64,000 bases of DNA from positions 32,001 to 96,000 of IMG/VR virus record IMGVR_UViG_3300047325_000170, one strand, 5' to 3'. The translations under genes were made by a program, and so were the position numbers. Numbering within the stretch: position 1 is the stretch's first letter; every line of letters starts with the position of its first letter. The DNA comes from a virus. The notes beneath the pieces were generated by a model, which saw nothing but the letters and a program-made list of their open reading frames with translations, did no database searches and was not told the DNA's origin. Shown one piece after another: positions 18,801 through 27,505 of this stretch.

Positions 18801-21557
18801 TTCGTAGGCCCCCATCACCTGCATCATCTCGTCGGTCCCAAGAGTACGGACAACATTCCCCGCCTCGTCGAGCTCCTCGCCGCCAACGATGAAACCCATG
18901 CCGACATTGCGCTGGTAGGTGGGGTCTGCGAACTCCTTCCCGAGGCGGGACTCTACGCGTTGGAACTGCGTCATCGCAATCTCGTCCTCTGAATTGCGCA
19001 GGGGCACGGCATTGAACTCTTGTTGTGGTCGCGCCCAGGGATTACCACCGGGGACCACGTCTTGATAGATCGCCGCTGCGACGGGAGATCCCTGACGGCC
19101 CGCCTTATTACCAATGATCGCGAGACCCTCGACCCCCTGTCCGGGAGCGGAGCCTTGAATCAGCCGCGTGCGAATCCGCTGCAGTTGCCGGTTCTTGACG
19201 GACGTATTTGAGCCGATGGTATTGAAGATGCGATTTGCAAAGCTTCCCTCGAAGCCGCCTCTTTCATCCTCTTTGTTTAAGAACTTCTCTTGAACTGTGT
19301 CTCCGCCGGCGCTTTCATAGAGGGCTTTTGCAACGGCATTACCTTCCTTGGGTTCGATACGTCCGTCCTCTGCATTTTGAAAGAACTGCCTGAAGAACTT
19401 GTCGCGGTTGATGCGACTCTTATCGGTTGTGGCAAAAGCATAGATTGGATTGATTGTCGACTCTGGCAAGAGCAAAGCATTATGAACGAGGAGTTGTTCT
19501 TGTGTCTGAACGGCCGACGCGGAGATAGCAATCCCGGGATCCTCGGCCGTGGCATCAAGGACGCCCTTCCCGAGCTCAGACGTTGCTTGGTCAAAGAGTC
19601 CCATGTCGAGTTTGCGGACTGCGCGCTGCATGCGGCGGCCGACCGATGCGAACATGACTTCGGTGGCTGAGAAAACATGGAGTCCGCCTTGGATGCGGTT
19701 CTGCGCCGCAATCTTTCGTGCCTCGGAGTAGTTATTAAATGTCTCCGGTCTGACATGAACTGTCTGATATTTCAGTCCTTGGTTGATGAGCTCGTTATCG
19801 TCGAGGAACTCGCTTCCCCGGCCCGATTGCCGTAGGACGAGGTCACTGACGCCAAGGTACTGGCCGATATATTTGCTCCCGCCGGCCGTTTGGAAGACAC
19901 CGTTGACGTCTTCAACGGGAAGGAAGAACTGAGCGGCCCCGCCGGTTCCTTTTGAGATGGCAGCGTTCTCGTGGGGAGCAATGTGAACCCAGACACCGAA
20001 TCCTTGGCCACCGCCCTTGAGAGGGTTCGACTCTTGGAAGGAATAGGAGACCTTCCACTTCGCTGCACGCGGGACCGATTTTCCGTCCTTCTGCTCAAAG
20101 CTTTGAAAGAACTTGATACGTTCCTGAAGATAGTCGAAGGCGGCTTCACGGTTTCCGCCGATGTTGCCGTTCCCGAAGGCGACGATGCCTGTTTTCTTCT
20201 CAAAGGTATCAAGGGCCCGAAGCCGCGCGCGTACATGGGCGGCTTCATCGAACTCATTGACCTTGCCGGTCCACACTTTCTTGCTACCTTCTTGCTTCAT
20301 CTCGAAGACTTCGCGTGAGGTAAGCTGCGCGATGTGGGACTCAAGACCACCGGGGATCTCTTCCGTACCCATCTTGAGGCCCATATGCTGGCCTTGTTGT
20401 TCAAGGTTTTCAAAGTGCCGGCGGAAGAAGCCAAAGGCTCCCTCTCCGGTGAAGGCTTCGCGCCGTAAGACATCCGCCCCGTGGGGCATGCCAAGGCCAT
20501 TCACTGAGGTTTGCATCGCCTCGAGAACAGGGTTCATAAAGCGCTGCCACATCTTCTTGCGCAGAGCAGCGCGCATCGCTGGATGCTGGGCCGGATCTCC
20601 CTTGATCCGGCCATTCTTTACCAGTCGTTGCCATTGGTTCTCAAAGGCGGTCTCGAAGGTGTTGTAGATTGCCCGGCTCATCGCTACATTCTGGGGAGCG
20701 ACGAAGCCCTGCATCACCCGGTTATAGAGGCCCTGTGCATCCTTCGTGTAGACGCCGCCGATCCCGCGACTGCGGATCTTCGGGACGATCCCGCCATCGT
20801 CGGTTGTGACCGATCCGCGCTCGAGCAGTGCCTTGAAGCCGTCGGGATTGAGGAATTCGTGGGGCGACTTCTCATCATTCGTCACGCCACTGAGGGCCAT
20901 CATCGTGCGCTGATGAGTCATGATGAGATCCTGGAAGCGGATCTGGCGCGCGGTCGCCTTGGTCTGTGCCATGTTAAACATGAGCTGACCGACATCTTCG
21001 GGGTTCATGGTTGCAGAGAAGCTCTTGCCAAGCTTTCCTATGGCGCCCTGGGGGACGATGTTCATCGCCACCTGTCCGCTCTCGGTGAGCGAGGAGCTAA
21101 CCTTATAGACTCCAAACTGCTTGGTCAACTCGGGGTCCATGAAGCCAGCAGCACGTAGAGAATCCGTCATGACGTAATAGCCAGAAGGAAGCTCACCTTG
21201 CGCGATCTTGGCAGCGGTCTGAGCGCCGGCTGTTTTCATCTCCTCAAGGCGTCCCGCAGCATTGGCGGCCCTCTCCGCCTTCGTCTCGGGAGTGAAACGG
21301 AAGTCACGTAAGGCAACTCCCATGTCCATGTCGCGGATCTTCCGCCGCGCCGAGGTGAACTCAGGGAGATCCTTGGTGGAGGGAACCTTTGTGATCATGG
21401 CTTGCCAGACATTTGTGCCGCCCTCTTTAACAAACTTCCAGAGGTTTGCCGTCGCCAGATAGCCGCTGCCCCGCATCTTCATATAGACCCCACTCTTGGT
21501 GGTGTCTGCGCCTTGGGCTGGAGCGTAATTCTTAACTACCTTGTCGTAGAGAGACAT
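15819..21557 (-). CDS. Single-chain two-barrel (beta/beta'-like) RNA polymerase, probably virion-packaged
   Basis: beta'-like SLATQIKGKKG...K.LDFSG, VHRDP and LYGDSDGDKV (DxDGD at 17316-17330). Weaker beta-like QQEFNAVPL, YEQQAI and MKIMADMSKNTV upstream. No cysteine found in 1912 aa. Confidence 0.82.
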   Translation of the reverse strand: MSLYDKVVKNYAPAQGADTTKSGVYMKMRGSGYLATANLWKFVKEGGTNVWQAMITKVPSTKDLPEFTSARRKIRDMDMGVALRDFRFTPETKAERAANAAGRLEEMKTAGAQTAAKIAQGELPSGYYVMTDSLRAAGFMDPELTKQFGVYKVSSSLTESGQVAMNIVPQGAIGKLGKSFSATMNPEDVGQLMFNMAQTKATARQIRFQDLIMTHQRTMMALSGVTNDEKSPHEFLNPDGFKALLERGSVTTDDGGIVPKIRSRGIGGVYTKDAQGLYNRVMQGFVAPQNVAMSRAIYNTFETAFENQWQRLVKNGRIKGDPAQHPAMRAALRKKMWQRFMNPVLEAMQTSVNGLGMPHGADVLRREAFTGEGAFGFFRRHFENLEQQGQHMGLKMGTEEIPGGLESHIAQLTSREVFEMKQEGSKKVWTGKVNEFDEAAHVRARLRALDTFEKKTGIVAFGNGNIGGNREAAFDYLQERIKFFQSFEQKDGKSVPRAAKWKVSYSFQESNPLKGGGQGFGVWVHIAPHENAAISKGTGGAAQFFLPVEDVNGVFQTAGGSKYIGQYLGVSDLVLRQSGRGSEFLDDNELINQGLKYQTVHVRPETFNNYSEARKIAAQNRIQGGLHVFSATEVMFASVGRRMQRAVRKLDMGLFDQATSELGKGVLDATAEDPGIAISASAVQTQEQLLVHNALLLPESTINPIYAFATTDKSRINRDKFFRQFFQNAEDGRIEPKEGNAVAKALYESAGGDTVQEKFLNKEDERGGFEGSFANRIFNTIGSNTSVKNRQLQRIRTRLIQGSAPGQGVEGLAIIGNKAGRQGSPVAAAIYQDVVPGGNPWARPQQEFNAVPLRNSEDEIAMTQFQRVESRLGKEFADPTYQRNVGMGFIVGGEELDEAGNVVRTLGTDEMMQVMGAYEQQAIAKPEINEAFGAGANLHNMKIMADMSKNTVVINGGKTTWDDDFVKIFSGVPLVKTLQKHEGAGMLVRGQMNMMMARAGKDPQKALALQQGLQEIFDQLGLGMKFSIENGYVVNRAISGKHRFDETNVAKALEAKRMMNELGQKIDPSGGMELLQTTNFTSRSGNRYRVQYEQSMLATRVINDPSPTTDMTAEEALYAKHKRLNPKRNEAGMQAFDIKAYEAEGLLLQAENLKTSYLANPTTQKRAYKLHQYLSAYEANQNPMKFGNATGATEMTAEQIALREQAPKNVLSKDEYLARYGRGAQYIDIGNGRRLYAPDEIPDLTDVKGGGYRPSESQRALDRVIALSARIDPENLAHLDDLNKSIESYQQSLATQIKGKKGLLNNLYKSLDFSGKGFLKAPLQQSLWADDASFQPFSAKVSREFAKQIGAVPGQSLLKDERGQEFFWATVHRDPNAIYGRMGAKVYVDDTIKGFGLYVHDSLRKALYGDSDGDKVRVVLAGMLEGTKINRAIMQKLHGQFESAWTAKVAAWEGHEAALKEIKANLPKTAELFANFENYYHTNLPILKMSTMERILEQHEVDSAQGLIGAVTTPIQDRLMNTIKNTAASPEERELAALQYTGAGIIREEFLKVKGGNQFDPYAFTTLLQQQSVGKPVSVPGVAGASVIDKTQDLYDKKSGLLQTSAGSMNVDSYMDKYFLAGAKEDMEAGKDIWKYQALKAFTDMVKTGQAAEPKFDKWGKEISWFESFTEPVNWKSQAAMKNGAGPLDLANAGDWVRTITNPGKKVGRSAVDIFSRIFGRGAIDAAGTTEERMQEAQAASQALTEPKIGASIPESVLPETKDLTENMISAPVTQNASSMVEDGAKIAKKLSMSGVMEKLRNPWVMAGLGAGALATAAVTFGQSGEIRDAPEMPKPPTGGRTRVMSNDTGGSAQSYNIQVRASRNGDMSSPEALRAGISNAIGAQVNVDMQDARRTTRDRDKDASDQLKGRS

Positions 21558-24500
21558 TAGGCCGCCTGCTGAATCTGCATGTTCACTTGATGTTGCTGAG
21601 CATTATTGGGATAGAGCTGGATATCGATATCGCGAAGCCCCATACCATCGAGGACGCGATGGAGGTTCGCTTTGATGTTGCCGGGGGTCTCGCGGAAGGG
21701 ACGGATGTCTTTGATCCCAAGCTCACTGACTCGCTCTTCATCCTGCGGCCAGAAGCCTTGGGAGGTCATATCGAGACCCTCTTGCTTCGTGACAACCAGA
21801 CGGTAGTCGTCAAGTGAGTTCTCAGCCTGCCAACCATTCCAGTCCGCGGGCGGCAGGTAATGGTGCTTGAAGTACTCGATGAGTTCTGGCTTCTCATCGA
21901 CCTTTAGGCCATAGGCGGCTTGCAAGAAACGGCGCTCGTTCTTGGGCACCATCTTGAGGATCTCTTTCCGCTCAGGCCCCGGGGCCTTGAGGAACGCCTG
22001 GAAGAACTCACGCTCCTTGGGGTCAAGTGAGAGCAAGACCTTTTGGAGATCGCTACCTGGCTTCGCACCATAGAGTGTCGTCTGCGCGACCTGACGATAC
22101 TGGATCGCAAGGATATCATCACGGGTGAGCTTCAGCTCCTTGCGATAGGACTGCAGCTCGGAGATCTCTTGGTTGATCTCGTGCAAGCGCTTCGCTTGCT
22201 TCTTCTTGTCGCCCTTAATGATGATGCGCCGCTTCTCTTGCCGTAGTTGGGAGATGCGGTGCTTGCGATCATCGCCTTCGCGTTCGTAGCGGTCGATGAT
22301 CGCGCCGATGTCTTTGTGCTCATGTTTGAGAACGTAGGCGCGCGTCTTCTCGTAGAGCCCCTCGTACTTCATGTACTTAAGAATGTCGAAGTACTCTTTG
22401 GTCTCGCGCTCTTTCTTACGATACTCCGGTATGGGATCTTGTGACACCTTATGGCTGAAGGCAAGCGCGCCGGCAATCGCCATCGAAGCACCCATCAAGA
22501 TGGCGCGCGACTTCAACTGGATCTTCCCAAGCTTGAAGCCAAATTTGGTGTTGGGGAGACGCTCAATGAGCTTCCCGCCGTAGAGGGGGCCAACCCCGAG
22601 GAAGTACCCGATAGCACCGGCAACCGCCATACCGGCGATGCCTTGTGCGGCAGCTGATTCAAACGAGGGGAAGATGTAATCCCGGAAAGGGTGCTTCCAG
22701 TCTTGCCAATCCTTACCGTAGACTTGCGTACGCTTATAGAGTTCGATAGGTGAGTCAAGGGCCATGTACTTATTGTGAAGCAGGGTGATCGGCAGGTGCC
22801 CAATGCGCTCAAGGGCTCCGGCCCAGGCGATCTCGTTGCTCGTGTACTGTGCATGCATACCAGCGGGCGAACTATCTTGGGTCTCTGAGCCGTAGTCCTG
22901 ATCGATAGCTTCGCGGTTGAGCATCCGCCCATGGCTAAAGACGACAGCGTGGATGGTGTTGAGGGTATCCTTCGAGACACGCTGCGCTTGATCGTGAGCA
23001 TAGCCGATCTTCACCGTACGCCCCGGCCCGAGATTCTGGCTGAGCCAGGTGGTCGCATCGGCATCGCTGCGGACGTGAACACCCGCAAGGCGGATCGGAT
23101 TGTCGGGGTGCTCGAGCGTCGTGAAGGTATTATTGTCGATCATCTTATCGATATGGACGGTCTCATAGTCGAGCTGTGCATACCGGAGATGATAGGGTGC
23201 CATCGTTACGCGGTGCTTGCGCTGCGTAACCTGTTCCTTGACGGTCTTGATGCGTGCTCGATCTTCGTCGGAGAGGACGCCTTCGGGGAGATGCACGAGA
23301 TAGTCGCGGTAGCGCCGGTACTGTGAGGACCAGGGCGCCACATCACCGAGGATCTCGAGCTTCGTGACATCATCGTAGAACTGGCCTTGGCTCCAAAGGC
23401 CTTCTTTCGTCTCCTTGGCGATCTGCTTGCGGACATCGTCGACCTTTGCAATCGTCTTATCGTAGAGATCCTGATCGAAGGTCAGCTGCGCGGAACGCTG
23501 CTCATTTGGATTGTCGCGGTTGACGTAGACGATGCCGCCCTGCTTTGCGCCAAGCTCGGCCATGTCCAGGTTGAGTTGTTCGCGATGGCGTGCATCAATC
23601 GTGTCATGCAGTTCGCGATAACGCTTCTGCGAGAGGGTGTGGATCTCAATTGGGTTGCCGTCCTTGGTGACAAAGTCGACGGTTCCGGAGATCCCAAGCT
23701 TCTTGTCATCGTAACTGACGTCACGCTTGCCACCCGGCGACTCGCCGAGAAGCTCATGCTTGATCTTCTCATGCAGCTCTCCACCGCGTTCAGCGATTTC
23801 CTGTGAGTAGGCATAGAAGGGCTCGTGGTCTCCCGTTAAGAGTCCATAGAGTCCGTCGCGAGAGTAGCCGATCTGCGTGCTGCGTAGCTTGAGGTCCATG
23901 GCTGGTATTCCATGGAGTTTCTCGTAGGCCGCACCTGGCAGGCGCGCTTCACCGTTCGGGATCGTGACATAGGGGTCGCCGTGGAGGAAGTCGAGGAAGT
24001 AGGCGGGGTCTTCACCGCCCTGCCCCGGCAACCAGGTGGGCATTGTATTCCGGATCGGATTGTATTCGGTGTTGGAGTGATAGCGGTGGGGCAGGAAACG
24101 ACGGAAGGCTTCTGAGAGCCCCGGTGTCGGCAGCATGCCGCCGGTGTTCCAGTTATCCCAGTACTGCCGCTCGAACGAGGTCATCCGTCCTGCTGATTGC
24201 AGGGTCGGCAAGTTGGAGTAGGGATAGTCCACGGTGCTCGCCGCGGCGAAGCCGTAGATACCGCCGATTTCCGTTAAGGAGTAGTAGCCAAGACCGGCCT
24301 GATAGCGTGGATCGTTGGGATTGATGAGTCGCTTGAGGGAGCGGGGATCATTCGGATCCTGCGACTTGAAGAGCCCCGGCGCTTGCGTGCCTTCGAGCAT
24401 ACGCCCCGGCGTGAAGCGCTGCGCTGCCTTGAGCTTCTCGTTGGACTCACGGATCTTTTGGCGTGTCTTCGCCTTGGCCGAACCGTAGGGCGCAATCGCC

Positions 24501-26743
24501 CGCGCACCCTTCCCGTAGCTGCCGCGCTGGACGCCTTCGTCATAGCCCGCATCGCTGTCGTCAGCGTCGTCTTGGGTATCGTCATTGATCGCAGCAATCG
24601 CCCGATCAGAACCGGGCAGGCCCACCGCGCCCATCGGCAGGATCTGGCCCGAGGCGGTGACAAAGCCGGTGAGTTCTTGGTTAGCAGCCTTTTCTTTGAT
24701 TTGCTCGTTGAGGGTGCGAAGATCTCCGCGGTACTTGGGATTGCGTTCGCCCTGGTGGGGGCCAGAGATCAAATACGGAAGATCCTCCGCATGCATGTAT
24801 TTCGTCGGCTTGAGGATCGGGCCGAGAATTGGGTTGAGGAGGGCGCCCCAGGGTGAAGTGGGCTCAAAGAGCGGGGCGGAGATCGGATAGGGGCGGTCCT
24901 TGTAGTGCTTCTTCTCGTAGTGATAGCGATCAAAGAGGAAGTGCTGCGCCCAACTGAAGGGATGCGTCGGTGTGGGGAGGGCGGCATTAGCGTAGTATTC
25001 ATCAACTGAACCGAAAAGGGTGTCGGTCTTGGTGATGTCGCCAGCTAAGGCTTGACGATGAGCATTGGGAGCAAAGTACTGGATGCGCTCGCCGCGGAAC
25101 GGCGTGCTCGATCCGAAGCTCCACCAGCGGCCCTTGCGGACCGGGACATAGCCACTGTCCTGTTGCTCCTTGAGTTCCTCTTGGCTGAGGCCAACCTTCG
25201 CATCGACGAAGGGGTGGGCGATGTGAGAGAGGACACCGCCGGAGAGCTCATCGACATGCTTGAGCCACGGACTGATCCCAAGCTTGTCCTTAAGTCCCGC
25301 CCACCAGAGCTCACCCTTATCCTTGGCGAGCTGTGCTTGATCGGTCGGGCGGCGCCCCATGAGCTTGCCGAGTTCATCGTTGAGATAGCCTGCGTAGAAG
25401 ATCCCCGCCGCGATAGGCAAGGCCCGCTTGAGCATGACATTCGCAAAGTAGGCGGTCGGACCCTTAAAGGCTAGCTTCCCGAGCTTGAACTCGGTGGATG
25501 ATCCCGACATCGCAAGCCATGGGAAGAGGCCATTGTAGGCCATGCCCGTGTTGATACGCTCGAGGAGATGATAGGCGGCAAAGGTGCCGGTGTTGATCTC
25601 GGTTCCGCGGGTTGCCCCGAAGAACATGTTCTTGAGACCAGTGGGCGTGAACTCCATGGCCCGTGCCACCCCGAAGGGCAGCTGATCAGCAAGGCGTCGT
25701 GCCTCGGGAAGATCCTCGACTGCAATGTTTCCGAAGCGGGACTGCCAGAACTTCTCGCGGCCCTCTTTGCTCCAGATTGCCGCGCCGCGCTCATTGAGGC
25801 CAACGTCGAAGAAGCGTTGCGCACGAGCTCGTAAGCTGGTGTTTCCGGGATCGCGAATCGCAGCGATCTTCTCGAGCTTCTCATTGAGCGTCTCAAGGTT
25901 GAAAAGCCGCACCCCTTCTTCCTGAGAGATTCCCCGCTCTTCGCGGATAACATCTCCCCGGATCCTTGAGATGAGTTTTTGATTGCGACTAATGCGAGCA
26001 TGGATATTGCCGACATCATAGCTCTCGCCGAGGAGATCGCCACGCATGCGCTCGATGGCGTTCTTCTTCTCGCCAATCCCCGCCTTACCATAGAGCCAGT
26101 ACTTGCCTTCAATGGTATGGATCTTGCTCCACAGTAGCTGTGGAGGCGCCCCTTCGCCCGGGCTATCAAGAAGGGCTTGAACGACGTGAACCTTACCACC
26201 GACGAAGTAGGCACGGGCGTGCTCTGAGATCCCGCGCTTCTGGAGTTCTTCAGGGGTGAGGAGGCCGAGCTTGCCGATTCTCCCGAGGGCTTGGAACTGA
26301 GAGGTCGACTTGCCGGCCGTCCCATACATCTCACGGAGTTCAGGACCGAAGGCGAGCTTATCGGCGATCTGGAGCGGCAGGAAGGTCTGAGACGCTTTCT
26401 GCCACGCGGTCATCAGCGGCGAGCGGCTAATGAACATCCCCAGGGCATGGATGCTATTGGCTTCAGGGGCCTTGCCCTGCAGGTGGTTGTAAAGGAGATT
26501 GGTTTCGATGGTCCGCCGCTGCATGGCACGCAGGGCAGTCGTTTGCTTCATCCAGCCAGGTGGCGTGAAGGCGAGGCCGCCCTGTTGGAAGGCGACCTGC
26601 ATCTCCGCAGCAAGGGTCTTATCAGCCCACGGCTTGAGGCCCTTGCCCAACGCAAAAAGACCGCCGACAGTAGCTGCTCCGGTGAGGAGCGAACGGCGGC
26701 GGTCGTCTTCGCTGTTGGGGGGGTTGTAGCCGTACTCAGCCAC
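21557..26743 (-). CDS. Large Cys-free virion protein in the tape-measure position with PD-(D/E)XK-like and SNase-like domains
   Basis: G.ELHE...ISGTVD...IEIHT...QLNLDM...GGIVYVNRD, and IDNNT...IRLAGV...LNREAI. Several Gly/Ala hydrophobic segments. Follows the tail chaperones. Confidence 0.65.
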   Translation of the reverse strand: MAEYGYNPPNSEDDRRRSLLTGAATVGGLFALGKGLKPWADKTLAAEMQVAFQQGGLAFTPPGWMKQTTALRAMQRRTIETNLLYNHLQGKAPEANSIHALGMFISRSPLMTAWQKASQTFLPLQIADKLAFGPELREMYGTAGKSTSQFQALGRIGKLGLLTPEELQKRGISEHARAYFVGGKVHVVQALLDSPGEGAPPQLLWSKIHTIEGKYWLYGKAGIGEKKNAIERMRGDLLGESYDVGNIHARISRNQKLISRIRGDVIREERGISQEEGVRLFNLETLNEKLEKIAAIRDPGNTSLRARAQRFFDVGLNERGAAIWSKEGREKFWQSRFGNIAVEDLPEARRLADQLPFGVARAMEFTPTGLKNMFFGATRGTEINTGTFAAYHLLERINTGMAYNGLFPWLAMSGSSTEFKLGKLAFKGPTAYFANVMLKRALPIAAGIFYAGYLNDELGKLMGRRPTDQAQLAKDKGELWWAGLKDKLGISPWLKHVDELSGGVLSHIAHPFVDAKVGLSQEELKEQQDSGYVPVRKGRWWSFGSSTPFRGERIQYFAPNAHRQALAGDITKTDTLFGSVDEYYANAALPTPTHPFSWAQHFLFDRYHYEKKHYKDRPYPISAPLFEPTSPWGALLNPILGPILKPTKYMHAEDLPYLISGPHQGERNPKYRGDLRTLNEQIKEKAANQELTGFVTASGQILPMGAVGLPGSDRAIAAINDDTQDDADDSDAGYDEGVQRGSYGKGARAIAPYGSAKAKTRQKIRESNEKLKAAQRFTPGRMLEGTQAPGLFKSQDPNDPRSLKRLINPNDPRYQAGLGYYSLTEIGGIYGFAAASTVDYPYSNLPTLQSAGRMTSFERQYWDNWNTGGMLPTPGLSEAFRRFLPHRYHSNTEYNPIRNTMPTWLPGQGGEDPAYFLDFLHGDPYVTIPNGEARLPGAAYEKLHGIPAMDLKLRSTQIGYSRDGLYGLLTGDHEPFYAYSQEIAERGGELHEKIKHELLGESPGGKRDVSYDDKKLGISGTVDFVTKDGNPIEIHTLSQKRYRELHDTIDARHREQLNLDMAELGAKQGGIVYVNRDNPNEQRSAQLTFDQDLYDKTIAKVDDVRKQIAKETKEGLWSQGQFYDDVTKLEILGDVAPWSSQYRRYRDYLVHLPEGVLSDEDRARIKTVKEQVTQRKHRVTMAPYHLRYAQLDYETVHIDKMIDNNTFTTLEHPDNPIRLAGVHVRSDADATTWLSQNLGPGRTVKIGYAHDQAQRVSKDTLNTIHAVVFSHGRMLNREAIDQDYGSETQDSSPAGMHAQYTSNEIAWAGALERIGHLPITLLHNKYMALDSPIELYKRTQVYGKDWQDWKHPFRDYIFPSFESAAAQGIAGMAVAGAIGYFLGVGPLYGGKLIERLPNTKFGFKLGKIQLKSRAILMGASMAIAGALAFSHKVSQDPIPEYRKKERETKEYFDILKYMKYEGLYEKTRAYVLKHEHKDIGAIIDRYEREGDDRKHRISQLRQEKRRIIIKGDKKKQAKRLHEINQEISELQSYRKELKLTRDDILAIQYRQVAQTTLYGAKPGSDLQKVLLSLDPKEREFFQAFLKAPGPERKEILKMVPKNERRFLQAAYGLKVDEKPELIEYFKHHYLPPADWNGWQAENSLDDYRLVVTKQEGLDMTSQGFWPQDEERVSELGIKDIRPFRETPGNIKANLHRVLDGMGLRDIDIQLYPNNAQQHQVNMQIQQAA

Positions 26744-26755
26744 GTAGGAAGTCCT

Positions 26756-27502
26756 TTACGATCTGTTCTGTTTGAGACTTGCCATCAGTTGCTGACGACG
26801 TTGTGCTTTCTCGAACTTTGGTAGGACTTCACTGAGCGGCTTGAGGGCTGCTCGATCTGCGCCGTCGATGACCCCGAGGGTTGATCCACTCTCGTCGGCG
26901 ACCTGTTGATTCTTGTTGAGGCGCTCTTGAAGTTCGGCCATGCGTTCTTTGTTATTGAGGCCACGCGGTGGCTTGATTGGTTTCTCTTCTTCTTTCTTAC
27001 TCTGCTGGATCTTCAGCCCCGGCGTCGTCGCTTCAAGGATCCAACAAGCCCGTGCATAGGCATCGAAGAGTTGATCGTGACTCCAATCACTGTAGCGGGC
27101 GAAAAGCCCCCCGCCATCAAAGGCATAGTCGATCATCGTCTCCATCTGAGCTTCAAAGTCTTCAACGATACGCCCCTGGTAGAAGCCGAGGCGTCCTTCC
27201 ATATCGATGATGCCGGAAGAATTGAGGACCTGAGCGCAGATAGCATCCGGTACACCGGCCGGTCCATCTTGGACTGCGGGGGCATCTGCCTTCCATCCCT
27301 CGGGCCAGAGGAGCGTTGTCTCGCAGACTTCTTCGGCGCGTTCGAGCTCGTCTTCGATATGAATAATAGCTCGGTACTCACGCCGCGAGAGTCGCCGGTA
27401 GATGTAGATCTGCTCGACGTGCTGGAATAAGAAAATAGCCCCGTAGTCAGCAATCCAACTACGGAAGCGTTCCTCCGGCGGCGCTTGCGGCGCTGCCTCC
27501 AC
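26756..27502 (-). CDS. Tail assembly chaperone-like protein 2
   Basis: YIYRRLSRREY...LLWP...PAGVP..I...SG, paralogous to the upstream gene. Confidence 0.6.
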   Translation of the reverse strand: MEAAPQAPPEERFRSWIADYGAIFLFQHVEQIYIYRRLSRREYRAIIHIEDELERAEEVCETTLLWPEGWKADAPAVQDGPAGVPDAICAQVLNSSGIIDMEGRLGFYQGRIVEDFEAQMETMIDYAFDGGGLFARYSDWSHDQLFDAYARACWILEATTPGLKIQQSKKEEEKPIKPPRGLNNKERMAELQERLNKNQQVADESGSTLGVIDGADRAALKPLSEVLPKFEKAQRRQQLMASLKQNRS

Positions 27503-27505
27503 TCC

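Noticed and set aside
23430-23890. Cas4-like domain as evidence of a CRISPR-Cas locus
   Set aside because: No repeat-spacer array or other cas genes seen, and the domain lacks the Fe-S cysteines and sits within a virion protein.
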